DNA of 64,000 nt from NCBI GenBank assembly GCA_023144005.1, contig JAGLGN010000032.1, positions 5,606-69,605 of the forward strand, given 5' to 3'. Below are positions 9,651 through 19,352 of this stretch, piece by piece. The translations under genes and the position numbers were made by a program. The stretch is from a bacterium (GTDB taxonomy: Bacteria; AUK180). How positions within the stretch are numbered: position 1 is the stretch's first letter; every line of letters starts with the position of its first letter. The notes under the pieces are model-generated. The model was not told the DNA's origin. It worked only from the letters and a program-made list of their open reading frames with translations, and did no database searches.

Positions 9651-10450
9651 ATCCCTTCAATGTCCTTGATCAGGCTGTACTTGAAAACCGGACCGTCTTT
9701 ACAAGCAAAATATTTACCTACCCCGCAATGGCCGCATTTACCTATGCCGCAGCTCATATTCTTTTCCATGGAAAGATAAATACTTTCCGGAGCAAAGCCG
9801 AGCTCCAGGAGTTTGAATGTGCCGAATTTCATCATTATAGGCGGGCCGCAAACGACAGCGACACCGTTTTTGGGATTTACGCTATAATCATCAAATAAAC
9901 AGGTCACCACTCCCTCTTTCTCCTTCCAGTCATTATCCGCCGCATCAACGGTCCTGCAGATCTCGGCACCGCGCTTTTTCCAGCTCTCGAACTGATCCTT
10001 ATAAACTATGTCAGCAGGATTTTTCGCGCCGTATAAGAGAGTTATCTTTTCGTACTTGTCTTTTTCATCCAGAAGCGTCAGAAGTAATGAACGCAGTGGA
10101 GCCATCCCGACACCGCCGCCCAGTAAGAGCACTTCTTTCCCTTCAAACTCATTGAGCGGATAAGAAGTTCCCAATGGCCCTCTGATCCCCACAGTATCGT
10201 TTGCTTTCAATTCATGAAGCTTCTCTGTAACTCGCCCGGCCTTCATTATCGTCACTTCAAACGGACCCTTGGCAAATTGAGAAGAGGATGGAGTAAATGG
10301 AGATTCCCCTATCTTCGGCATGGTAAGTTGAATGAATTGACCGGTAGCAAAAGAAAATTTCTTTTCCGGCTCCAGGATAAATGTTTTGATCAGCGAGGTC
10401 TCTTCGATAACCTTAATAACCTTACAATTGATCGTCTTATAAGGATCCAT
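9641..10450 (-). CDS. FNR-fold FAD/NAD(P)H-binding oxidoreductase with C-terminal [2Fe-2S] (sulfhydrogenase gamma HydG / AsrB / PyrK-like)
   Basis: Start trimmed to the ATG at 10450 (MDPYKTINCKV), which has a GGAGG RBS. Ferredoxin-NADP reductase-like barrel plus Rossmann (LLLGGGVGMAPL). C-terminal CGIGKCGHCGVG...C cluster motif. Confidence 0.8.
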   Translation of the reverse strand: MDPYKTINCKVIKVIEETSLIKTFILEPEKKFSFATGQFIQLTMPKIGESPFTPSSSQFAKGPFEVTIMKAGRVTEKLHELKANDTVGIRGPLGTSYPLNEFEGKEVLLLGGGVGMAPLRSLLLTLLDEKDKYEKITLLYGAKNPADIVYKDQFESWKKRGAEICRTVDAADNDWKEKEGVVTCLFDDYSVNPKNGVAVVCGPPIMMKFGTFKLLELGFAPESIYLSMEKNMSCGIGKCGHCGVGKYFACKDGPVFKYSLIKDIEGIWE

Positions 10451-10452
10451 AA

Positions 10453-11430
10453 TTATTTCGCCTCCGCAACTTTTATCAGCACTTCTTGGAAATCTATCTT
10501 CCCTTGACAGCCGGCAGTGCACCTTCCGCAGCCGGTACAGCCGTTAAAACCCTGCATTTGGGGCCTGTAAACGAATTTACAGGTAAATCTGTGTTTGAAC
10601 CGTTCTATAAGATCTTCCCTGGGATTAGCTCCGCCCGCGACACGCGCATAGCTCTTGAGCTGACAGCTGTCCATATACCTGATCTTGTTCTCATCCCCCT
10701 CTGACAGGAAGAAACAGAAACAACTGGAACAAACATTTGTGCAACTGCTGCAGCTGACACAGGTTTTGCCATATTCCTTAAATACATCGCTGTGCTTCTC
10801 GATCTTGCCCTCAAGGTCCTTGAGATCCAATACTTTGTTCCCGTTGAACTTCTTCAACTCTTCTTCAAAAGAGGTCCTGTGAGAGCTCATCGACTTTTCC
10901 TGTTCGGATCGGGCAGATTCAAAAAATCCGCCGTGGTCTTTTAAGAATTTCGCGCCGGCATCCGAACCAACAGAAACCAGATACCCATTCTCCACAATGG
11001 AGAAGTTCAGATCGAAATTCTCTGTAGCCCACGGCTGATCTCCCAGGACCGTACAGAAACAATCCGGGTGATGTGTGGTACAATCGGCCGAAAAGACAAG
11101 GACATCTTTTCTGAAATGGGGATCTTCGGGATCTTCCAGATAGATCTTCTTCAGAAGGGAAAGTCCTTTTGTGTCACAGCCGCGTGCGCCAAAAATGATC
11201 CTTGGCTTATCCTTTTTCTTTTCAACAAGATTCTCTTGGGGGGAATAGAAAAAGTACTTAAGAGGAAGGACCGTCCTGTGACCTTCGAATGTAAACTCCG
11301 AATCGGCTTCCATTCTTGCCCAATCCCAGCTTTCCTCTTGCCTGCGCGGATAAAAGATCTCGTAGTCGGGGATCAATTTTTTCGTCAGGGCTTTCACTTT
11401 TTCATTACTGATAAATTTTTGTTCCATCAC
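10453..11430 (-). CDS. FeS protein of the HydB / AsrA family (sulfhydrogenase beta-like)
   Basis: 325 aa. Cys-rich CVSCSSCTNVCSSCFC and C-terminal CTGCGRCTAGCQG motifs. First gene of the operon, with a 420-bp noncoding region upstream. Confidence 0.75.
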   Translation of the reverse strand: MMEQKFISNEKVKALTKKLIPDYEIFYPRRQEESWDWARMEADSEFTFEGHRTVLPLKYFFYSPQENLVEKKKDKPRIIFGARGCDTKGLSLLKKIYLEDPEDPHFRKDVLVFSADCTTHHPDCFCTVLGDQPWATENFDLNFSIVENGYLVSVGSDAGAKFLKDHGGFFESARSEQEKSMSSHRTSFEEELKKFNGNKVLDLKDLEGKIEKHSDVFKEYGKTCVSCSSCTNVCSSCFCFFLSEGDENKIRYMDSCQLKSYARVAGGANPREDLIERFKHRFTCKFVYRPQMQGFNGCTGCGRCTAGCQGKIDFQEVLIKVAEAK

Positions 11431-11592
11431 GATTTACACCTTAATAACGTAGTAGTTGGATTAAGAAATGCATGAGTAGCAACCATATTAACAATGTTTA
11501 TAGATGATTTTAGTGGAAAGAATATCTTGAAAAGTAACCTCACTCTTATTCCTCCAATAGATTATACCTTATTCTATTTATTAACCTGAAGA

Positions 11593-11621
11593 ATAATACC
11601 ACATTCTTTATTCAATGTCAA
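11593..11621 (-). promoter_or_regulatory. Candidate sigma-70 promoter for the hydrogenase operon (TTGACA-17-TATTAT on minus strand)
   Basis: Minus strand reads TTGACA (11621-11616), a 17-nt spacer, then TATTAT (11598-11593), about 160 nt upstream of the hydB-like start. Confidence 0.3.
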
Positions 11622-11848
11622 CCACTTCTTTATATTTGCGCAGTTATTAATCTAGAGCTATCGAGCCGGATATCCCCGTACATTGCTATACTTAGACAAT
11701 ATTGCATTCATAGGCAAGGCTAGCAACTATGTGAATTTTCTCACAAGCGGGATCAGTAGAGGCAAAGAGTCTACACGCACAAGAAAGTGTGTCTGGTCAA
11801 ATGTAAAACGAGGGAGTAAATTGCAGGAAAATATTGTATTTGATCTTG

Positions 11849-12811
11849 TCAGAATATCTTTTCAAGATAGGCAGTGATCTTGAAAGGCGCCAGGTCTTCA
11901 AATCTCTCCCCTGTACCCATGAAAAGAACGGGGATACTGAATTTCCTGAACGACTGCACAAGTATTCCGCCTTTTGCGGTTCCATCCATTTTCGTGATGA
12001 TCAGCCCGGTGGGCTCCGAATTCTTTTTGAAGATGTCTATCTGATTCAAAGCATTCTGTCCGGTGGTTCCGTCAATGATGAGTATGCGTTCATCAGCGGC
12101 TTTACCAGCGGCTTTTTCTATTACACGCTGTATCTTAGTGAATTGATTTATCAAATTTTCATTCGTATGTATGCGTCCGCCGGTGTCCACGATAAGAATA
12201 TCCGAATCTCCGCGCTGCTGAAAGGATTTCACGGCATCAAATATCACCGATCCGGGGTCTGCGCCCGCCTGCTGACTGTACAGCTTGATATCGAGTTTAT
12301 TTGCCCATTGCGCCAATTGCTCCACAGCGGCGGCGCGATATGTGTCTCCCGCTGCAAGGGACACTTTCATTTTTCTTTCTGATATTAGATAATGGGCCAA
12401 CTTAGCGACGGTAGTGGTCTTTCCAACACCATTGACACCCATTACCAAAATAATACTTCCCTTCTCCGGAGAAAATACCCTTTCACTTCCTTTCAGGATG
12501 CGTGAGATCTGGGAGGCCAACTGCTTGGATAAAAGGTCATAGTCCCTGAGCCCTTCAGCGTTATTCTTCAATTCCTCCATGATATCCACAACTGTCTGCG
12601 GACCCATATCCGCCTCAAGCAGCGTCATCTCGATCTTCTCCAGAATGCCCTTTTTGTCTCCTTTGAAAACACCCTTTAATCTCGCGGCTAACAGGCCTTC
12701 TCTGCGGGTGGATGGACGCTCAACGGATCTCCTTTTTAATAGTAAAAGCAGTAGAACAAGCACGAGGACCAAAAAGAAAGAAATCATAGATATTTGAAGA
12801 GGTTGTGTCAC
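11849..12811 (-). CDS. ftsY: Signal recognition particle receptor FtsY
   Basis: N-terminal membrane anchor. SRP GTPase domain with GVNGVGKTTTVAKLA and DTGGR motifs. Confidence 0.9.
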   Translation of the reverse strand: MTQPLQISMISFFLVLVLVLLLLLLKRRSVERPSTRREGLLAARLKGVFKGDKKGILEKIEMTLLEADMGPQTVVDIMEELKNNAEGLRDYDLLSKQLASQISRILKGSERVFSPEKGSIILVMGVNGVGKTTTVAKLAHYLISERKMKVSLAAGDTYRAAAVEQLAQWANKLDIKLYSQQAGADPGSVIFDAVKSFQQRGDSDILIVDTGGRIHTNENLINQFTKIQRVIEKAAGKAADERILIIDGTTGQNALNQIDIFKKNSEPTGLIITKMDGTAKGGILVQSFRKFSIPVLFMGTGERFEDLAPFKITAYLEKIF

Positions 12812-12813
12812 TT

Positions 12814-15800
12814 TTACTCGAACGCTACTGACATTATTTTAGAGACACCCTCTTCCTCCGAAGTAACTCCGTACAGGACATCCGCAAATTCCATTGAACG
12901 CTTATTATGTGTGATCACAATAAATTGTATATCCTCTGAGAATTTCTTTATCATTGAGAAAAATTTAACCAGATTCACTTCATCCATCGCCGAGTCAACC
13001 TCATCAAAAATACAAAACGGAGTAGGATTCTGAAGGAAAATAGCAAATATAAGAGCAGCGGTGATCAGGGCTTTCTCACCACCTGAAGTCAGACTGAGTG
13101 TCTGAACATTCTTGCCCGGTATATGCACTTGAATATCGACTCCCGTTTCAAGAGGGTCATTCGGCGTTACCATTACTACCTTGGCGTTACCGCCATTGAA
13201 GAGCTCCTTGAAGGTCTTATCAAAATAGACATTGATATTCTCCAAAGAAGCGGCAAATTTTTCGCAAATATCAATATTCACTTTCTCTATCATTTCCATC
13301 AGGCGGTCCTTGGACTGGGAAACATCATCGAAATTTGTCTTCAAGAGCTCATATTCTTCCTGAAATTTACTGTATTCGTCCTGGGCTTCAAAATTGATCG
13401 CGCCAAGTCGTTCGATCTTTCCCGAAAGCAGATCAACTTCTCCTTCAATGGCCGTTATGTCATGGCCGGCGCCGTCCAGTTCATTCAGAAATCCCGAGAT
13501 ATCCGCTCTGTCGTCAAAATATTCCTCCAGATGGGAATATTCTGTTTTTGCTTGGACGATCAGGTCGGTCTTACCCTCTTCAAAGCTAGCCAATTCCTTG
13601 TCAATGCCGTCAAGCTCACTTCTTGAGTTAATAATTTCCCTGCTCAGCTCTTCCTTCGCATCCTCTTTATCCTTCACTTCTTCATTTAGTGAGGATAGTT
13701 GGCTCTCATAACCTTCCAGTTCTTCTGCGTTCTTACCGATCTCGACCAAAAGGTCTTTGATCTCTATCCGCTTATGTTTAATGGATTCCTGGGATTCCTT
13801 GATCTCGCCTTTGTAGAATTTCAGATCCCTGTCGATCTCAAAGAGCAATGTTTCATAATTTGAAATATTGTTATCAAGATTGCCGAGCTCGCTTTCCAGA
13901 AGCCGGATATCACTCTGATTTCTGTCTCTGATCCTTTCATTCTCCAGAAGGTCATTCTCAAGCGCGGTTTTCGAGGAATGGTATTTCTCGTATTTCTCTC
14001 TGATCTCGGTATTTTCACCTCTGACGGTTTCAAGGGAATCCTCGATTTCAGTGAGCTGCTCCACATAATCCTGTATCTCTTTTTCATAGATCTCAATTGT
14101 TTCTTTTTCGGTGGTCTTGTTCTCCTGAAAATTCTTAATGGCTTGCTCAATAGAAATTGTCTCTTCTTTATATCGCGACAGATCAAAGCTGATCTTTTTC
14201 TTTTTCTGCTTTATCTCTTCGATCTCTTCCCGAATTGTAGTCGATCTGGAGAATTTCTTCTGATACTCTTCTTCCAGCTTGATGACTTGTTTTTCCTTCG
14301 CTTTATGCTTTTGTTTTAACTCATTGATCTCTTCTTTAAGTGTCAGCAGGCCGCCTTCGTGAGATCGTTTTCCACCCACAACACGACCATCAGAATGGAA
14401 TAACTCGCCGTTCAAAGTCACTATCCTGAAGCTCTTTCCTCTAAGCTCACCCTTCAGGCGGGTAGCAATATCCATATCTTTCACCACAATAACATTGCGG
14501 ATAAAACGATCAATTATTTCTTTATAAGCGGGTATAGCGGAATAAAGGTCAACAGCCCATCCTACAACACCCCCGATCATAGAAGGCAATTTAAAAGGAG
14601 CGCCATGACTTGGCTGAGAATCCAGAGGAAGGAAGGTCACCCTGCCGCCTTTAATTCTGTTCAGATATTTAATGGCCCTTTTCGCATCGTCTTCCTGATC
14701 AACGATCACATAATGCAGAACAGCTCCGAAGGCAACTTCCAAGGCATGCGCGTGAGCCTTGGAGTAAGAGATCAGATTGGCAACAGCATCATGTATGCCG
14801 GAGATGGAAGTATCGTCCTTCTGCGCGGATTTCTTCATCACATGCCGGACACCGCCGGGGAAAGCCGAGTAATTCTCAAGATTACTTGAAAGTATCTTGA
14901 TCTTCTCATTCAGAGAATCACATTCGACAGAGCTTTTTCCGAAAAGATCCTTCACATCGGCCATCTCATTTTCTGTCCGTAAATTTTCCTTTTCAAGATC
15001 TTCAAGAGTGGAATCAAATTCATCCATCTTGTCTTCGATCCGTTTAAGATCCGCTCTTGCGGCCTCCAGGTCATCGTTAAAATCGGTGATGCGCTTTTCA
15101 AAATTGCCCAGGCGCACTTTCAGATGCTCTATGCTGTTCTCCTTACTTGCCTTGGCGCTGGAAAGAGAGATCTTCTCGTTCTCCACTTCGGAAAGTTTGC
15201 CGGAAAAATTCATATATGTATCTTCGAGGTCAGCGTTCTCCTTCTCAAGATGAGCAAGGTCTTTCTCTAATCCCTTCAATTTATCAATGATCATTTCAAG
15301 GCCGGTTTCTAATTTCTTGCCTTCGGCTGATTTTTCCTTCGTATTGCTTTTCCATTCTTTCAATTGTTCCGCGTGTTTCTTCTTATTATCTTCGTTGCTA
15401 ACTATCCGGCGCTTATCCTCGCTGATCAAGTCTTCCTTATTCGTGATATCCTGTATCATTAATTGCCGCTTATTCTCAAGGCCCGCTATCTGATTGCTGA
15501 TAGACAGCTTTTTATTCACTTCGGCAGATTGAGAATTCCATGCCGATTTGATCTCCTGCTCTCTTTTTGCCCGCTCTTCTTCTTTTAACGAGATGGTCTT
15601 CAGCAGTTCCGCTTTTTTTAAAGAGAGCGGGCTGCGCTTATCATCGTATTGCTTGATATCATCCTCGAATACAAGGTATTTAAGCCCGGAAAAGAGTTTC
15701 TTGATCTCGGCAAGCTTATTTCGGTAATCCATGTATCTCTCATACTTGGATACCGCCCGCTTCAATCCGCCGTATTGCTTATCCTTTTCAGCTATGATAT

Positions 15801-16377
15801 CGGCAATACGCTGAAGATTCTCCTCTGTACGATGAAGTTTTCTCTCCGTTTCAATCTTTTCGATCTTTTCGCCCATGACACCTGCGGCTTCCTCAAAAAT
15901 GATACGCCTTTCTTTCGTTGAGGCCAGGAGGAAATTTTCTATCTTCCCCTGTTCAATTATGGCGTATGAGTTAGAAGTAATACCGGTATCAGCAAAGAGA
16001 GCAACGATCTCTTTCATCTTTGCGCGGCGGTCGTTTATAGTGAATTTTGAACTTTTATCCCTTGAAAATTTTCTGGAAACCACGATCTCGTCAAGGTCCA
16101 TCTTTAACTTCCGGTCGAGATTATCGAACTTCAATTCTACTTCGGCAAATCCTGACGGGTTCATCTTGTCATTGCCCTTGAAGATAACATCCTCCATCTG
16201 GCCGCCTCTGAGGGATTTCGGGCTCTTTTCCCCCAAGGTCCATTTTACGGCGTCCACGACATTGGATTTACCGGAACCATTGGGTCCGATAATGATATTT
16301 ATCCCGCTCTTTAATTCAATTTTAGTTTTTCGCGGAAATGTTTTAAATCCCTTCAGGGCAACTGATTTGAGTTTCAA
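12814..16377 (-). CDS. smc: Chromosome segregation protein SMC
   Basis: 1187 aa. Walker A GPNGSGKSN, long coiled coils, hinge, and C-terminal LSGGEKALITAALIFAIF...FDEVDSAMD. Conserved smc-ftsY synteny. Confidence 0.9.
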   Translation of the reverse strand: MKLKSVALKGFKTFPRKTKIELKSGINIIIGPNGSGKSNVVDAVKWTLGEKSPKSLRGGQMEDVIFKGNDKMNPSGFAEVELKFDNLDRKLKMDLDEIVVSRKFSRDKSSKFTINDRRAKMKEIVALFADTGITSNSYAIIEQGKIENFLLASTKERRIIFEEAAGVMGEKIEKIETERKLHRTEENLQRIADIIAEKDKQYGGLKRAVSKYERYMDYRNKLAEIKKLFSGLKYLVFEDDIKQYDDKRSPLSLKKAELLKTISLKEEERAKREQEIKSAWNSQSAEVNKKLSISNQIAGLENKRQLMIQDITNKEDLISEDKRRIVSNEDNKKKHAEQLKEWKSNTKEKSAEGKKLETGLEMIIDKLKGLEKDLAHLEKENADLEDTYMNFSGKLSEVENEKISLSSAKASKENSIEHLKVRLGNFEKRITDFNDDLEAARADLKRIEDKMDEFDSTLEDLEKENLRTENEMADVKDLFGKSSVECDSLNEKIKILSSNLENYSAFPGGVRHVMKKSAQKDDTSISGIHDAVANLISYSKAHAHALEVAFGAVLHYVIVDQEDDAKRAIKYLNRIKGGRVTFLPLDSQPSHGAPFKLPSMIGGVVGWAVDLYSAIPAYKEIIDRFIRNVIVVKDMDIATRLKGELRGKSFRIVTLNGELFHSDGRVVGGKRSHEGGLLTLKEEINELKQKHKAKEKQVIKLEEEYQKKFSRSTTIREEIEEIKQKKKKISFDLSRYKEETISIEQAIKNFQENKTTEKETIEIYEKEIQDYVEQLTEIEDSLETVRGENTEIREKYEKYHSSKTALENDLLENERIRDRNQSDIRLLESELGNLDNNISNYETLLFEIDRDLKFYKGEIKESQESIKHKRIEIKDLLVEIGKNAEELEGYESQLSSLNEEVKDKEDAKEELSREIINSRSELDGIDKELASFEEGKTDLIVQAKTEYSHLEEYFDDRADISGFLNELDGAGHDITAIEGEVDLLSGKIERLGAINFEAQDEYSKFQEEYELLKTNFDDVSQSKDRLMEMIEKVNIDICEKFAASLENINVYFDKTFKELFNGGNAKVVMVTPNDPLETGVDIQVHIPGKNVQTLSLTSGGEKALITAALIFAIFLQNPTPFCIFDEVDSAMDEVNLVKFFSMIKKFSEDIQFIVITHNKRSMEFADVLYGVTSEEEGVSKIMSVAFE

Positions 16378-16383
16378 CTTACC

Positions 16384-17361
16384 TTAACCAAGCAGCTCCG
16401 TCAATTTCGGCGCGATCTCAAAAAGGTCTCCAACGATCCCATAATCCGCTACATTAAAGATAGGAGCGTTCGAATCCTTGTTGACAGCGATAATATAATC
16501 GGCCGACTTCATTCCGACCTGATGCTGAATAGCACCTGAAATACCAAGGGCAATATACAATTTAGGCATAACGGTCGTACCTGTCTGGCCAACCTGATGC
16601 GCATAAGAGATCCATCCCGCATCAACAGCCGCACGGGAAGCTCCCACAGCAGCGTTCAATTTTGCCGCAAGATCAAAAACGACCTTGAAGTTGGCTTTAT
16701 CCCCGAGGCCGCGGCCGCCGGAAACAATAATATCAGAATCAGCGAGATTAACCATTTCCTCTATGCTTCTTACCGCTTCAATGATCTTCAGAGGCGAATC
16801 ACCGTCAATATAGGTGAATTTCGTAATATTCTTCTCCTTGCTGTATCCGGTCTCTACCTTAAAGACCTTAGGCCTTACCGTTGACATCTGAAGATGCTTC
16901 GGGGTCTTGATGGTAGCCATCAGATTTCCGCCGAAAGCGGGGCGTGTCTGCAGAAGGAGTCCTGTGCCCTCTTCAATATCCAACTCGGTACAATCAGCTG
17001 TCAGGCCGGCTTTCATTGTAATAGCGAGCTTGGGCATCAGCGAACGGCCCTGAGGAGTGGCTCCGGCAAGTACAATACCCGGCTCTTCCTCATTTATCAC
17101 AGCCGCGATATTTCGCAAATAATGAACATCGTTCAATTGCTGAAGTTTCTCATGGTCCAGAAGGATCACCTTGTCAGCTCCGGCTTTGAACAGGCCTTCC
17201 GTCTGAGCGGTATCTATCTTATATCCGGGGACAAGAACTACTACTTCCCCATTGTTCTTTTTTGAGAGCTCTGCTCCTTCCGAAACCAGTTCAAATGTAA
17301 CATGGTGAATACTGCTTTCCCTGCATTCCCCTATAATAAGTATTTTATTCTTTGTGCTCAT
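16384..17361 (-). CDS. etfA: Electron transfer flavoprotein alpha subunit
   Basis: Start set at MSTKNKILII (ATG 17361, AGGAGAG RBS). EtfA FAD-binding C-terminal domain is conserved. Confidence 0.9.
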   Translation of the reverse strand: MSTKNKILIIGECRESSIHHVTFELVSEGAELSKKNNGEVVVLVPGYKIDTAQTEGLFKAGADKVILLDHEKLQQLNDVHYLRNIAAVINEEEPGIVLAGATPQGRSLMPKLAITMKAGLTADCTELDIEEGTGLLLQTRPAFGGNLMATIKTPKHLQMSTVRPKVFKVETGYSKEKNITKFTYIDGDSPLKIIEAVRSIEEMVNLADSDIIVSGGRGLGDKANFKVVFDLAAKLNAAVGASRAAVDAGWISYAHQVGQTGTTVMPKLYIALGISGAIQHQVGMKSADYIIAVNKDSNAPIFNVADYGIVGDLFEIAPKLTELLG

Positions 17362-17371
17362 CTTCACTCTC

Positions 17372-18163
17372 CTAAGCCAGGTGGTTCTCTTTGATGAACT
17401 TGAAAACACCTTTTACCGTTTCCAGATCATCACCTTCAACCTTGATACCGCCCTTTTTTGGCGGGGGGGTAAATGCTTTTACGACTCGTGTAGGAGAACC
17501 CGTGAACCCGATATTCGCTTCATCGGTATTAAGATCATCTGCGCCCCAGACCGGTATTTCCGCCTTCTTCGCGGCCATCTTGCCGCGGAATGAAGGGATA
17601 CGCGGTTCATTCAATTCCTTGAGGACGGTCATAAGAAATTTCCCTTTGACCTCGATGATATCAAAGCCCTCGCTTCTCATTCTCTCGACCTTCGCATGTC
17701 CGGGTTCGAGCTCATCGATCTTTCTCACATATGTAACAGAGGGTATTTTCAGCCAGGTGGCTACACCGGGACCGACCTGCGCGGTATCTCCGTCGGTCGC
17801 CTGTTTACCTGCTATCAATACATCAAAATCGCCTAATTTTTCAACTGCCTTGGAAAGGATATATGAGGTAGCCCAGGTATCGGAAGCGGCAAATTTCTTA
17901 TCTGAAAGGAGTATGCCCTTATCAATACCCATAGAAATAGCTTCTCTTAATGCGGCATCGGCCTGAGGAGGGCCCATGGTCATGACGACCGTTTCTGTAT
18001 CTCCCCATTTATCCTTGATCTTCAAGGCCTCTTCGATCGCATACATATCGAACGGATTGATGATCGATGGAACACCTTCTCGTATCATGGTGTTCGTAAC
18101 CGGATCGATCTTGAGTTCGGCCGTATCCGGAACCTGTTTTATAAATACTACTACCCTTTTCAT
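17372..18163 (-). CDS. etfB: Electron transfer flavoprotein beta subunit
   Basis: 263 aa. MKRVVVFIKQVPDTAELKIDP is a typical EtfB N-terminus. Confidence 0.9.
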   Translation of the reverse strand: MKRVVVFIKQVPDTAELKIDPVTNTMIREGVPSIINPFDMYAIEEALKIKDKWGDTETVVMTMGPPQADAALREAISMGIDKGILLSDKKFAASDTWATSYILSKAVEKLGDFDVLIAGKQATDGDTAQVGPGVATWLKIPSVTYVRKIDELEPGHAKVERMRSEGFDIIEVKGKFLMTVLKELNEPRIPSFRGKMAAKKAEIPVWGADDLNTDEANIGFTGSPTRVVKAFTPPPKKGGIKVEGDDLETVKGVFKFIKENHLA

Positions 18164-18164
18164 A

Positions 18165-19346
18165 TTACTTCCTTAATCTCGACAGCTCCTTGGCTAAATG
18201 TGACGCTATGACCTCTCTTTGGATCTGATTCGTACCTTCGAAGATCTGAGTGATCTTTGCGTCTCGCATCATTTTTTCCACGGGATACTCTTTCATATAT
18301 CCGTATCCGCCGAGAACCTGTACGGCATCGGTTGTAACCTCCATCGCTACATCCGAGGCGAATGTCTTCGCCATTGCCGAATATCCGCCCGTATTTTTTG
18401 CGCCGGAGTCGATCAGCTTGGATACATTGTATATCAGCGCCCTGGCGGCTTCGATCTTTATTGCCATATCAGCGATCATAAATCTGATCGCCTGGAACGA
18501 ATATATCTTACTTCCGAATTGTATTCTCTCCTGTGCATAGCTAAGCGCCGCTTCCATCGCGCCTTGAGCTATTCCAAGAGCCTGTGCGGCAACGCCGGGA
18601 CGGGATTGATCAAAGGTTCCCATAGCAACTCTGAAGCCAGTTCCTTCCCTGCCGATCAGATTTTCAGCGGGGATCTTGCAGTTATTGAATATCAATTCCA
18701 CTGTCTCCGAAGCTCTTATGCCCAATTTGTTCTCTTTCTTACCGATCTCAAGACCATCGGTTTCACTATCGACGATAAATGCGGTCATTCCCCGTATTCC
18801 ACGGGTTGGATCTACGGTCGCGAATACCGAATGCACTCCGGCAACGCCGCCGTTCGTGATCCATTGCTTTGTTCCGTTAAGGATATAATGATCCCCTTCC
18901 TTCGTTGCGGTCGTCCTGACATTGGAGGCATCGGAGCCGGCTTCGGACTCGGTCAGGGCAAAAGCTGCTATCTTCTCGCCGGAAGCTATTGAAGGAAGAA
19001 ATTTTTTCTTCTGCTCTTCACTTCCGTACAAAAGAATGGGAAAAGCTCCCAAAGCGCTGCCCGCGTAAGCAAGAGCGATTCCGCCGCAAACCCTTGAAAG
19101 CTCTTCGGTAACCAGAGACATTTCAAATATTCCCATGCCGAGGCCATCGTATTCTTCCGGAACGAAAACCCGGTAAAGGTCTGACTTAGCCAGAATTTCT
19201 ACGATCTCATTCGGAAAGATCTGCCCTTCATCATACTCTTCTCTAATGGGCAGGATCTTCTCATCGGCGATCTGCTTCGCGATCTCAACTATTGCCTGCT
19301 GTTCTTCGGTCAATTCATAGTTCATCTTAACCATATCTTCCCCCAA
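18165..19346 (-). CDS. Acyl-CoA dehydrogenase (butyryl-CoA dehydrogenase-like)
   Basis: 393 aa ACAD fold with a C-terminal catalytic region ([27 protein letters not shown]). bcd-etfB-etfA order. Confidence 0.9.
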   Translation of the reverse strand: MGEDMVKMNYELTEEQQAIVEIAKQIADEKILPIREEYDEGQIFPNEIVEILAKSDLYRVFVPEEYDGLGMGIFEMSLVTEELSRVCGGIALAYAGSALGAFPILLYGSEEQKKKFLPSIASGEKIAAFALTESEAGSDASNVRTTATKEGDHYILNGTKQWITNGGVAGVHSVFATVDPTRGIRGMTAFIVDSETDGLEIGKKENKLGIRASETVELIFNNCKIPAENLIGREGTGFRVAMGTFDQSRPGVAAQALGIAQGAMEAALSYAQERIQFGSKIYSFQAIRFMIADMAIKIEAARALIYNVSKLIDSGAKNTGGYSAMAKTFASDVAMEVTTDAVQVLGGYGYMKEYPVEKMMRDAKITQIFEGTNQIQREVIASHLAKELSRLRK

Positions 19347-19352
19347 ACTTGT

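Noticed and set aside
12814-16377. Large SMC-family ATPase as a possible defence-system component (Wadjet/Lamassu-like)
   Set aside because: It has the canonical five-domain SMC layout and sits in the conserved smc-ftsY housekeeping synteny. There are no kleisin/JetB-like or nuclease partner genes.
17391-17966. Long plus-strand ORFs antisense to etfB, acd, uppP, ftsY, the acidic protein and others (e.g. 17391-17966, 18219-18992, 32975-33568, 11834-12382, 61839-62660)
   Set aside because: They sit entirely inside strongly supported minus-strand genes. Their products are Ser/Pro/Leu-rich and reflect the complement of codon bias (the poly-Ser ORF is the complement of the GAA/GAT acidic tract). 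None has an RBS.
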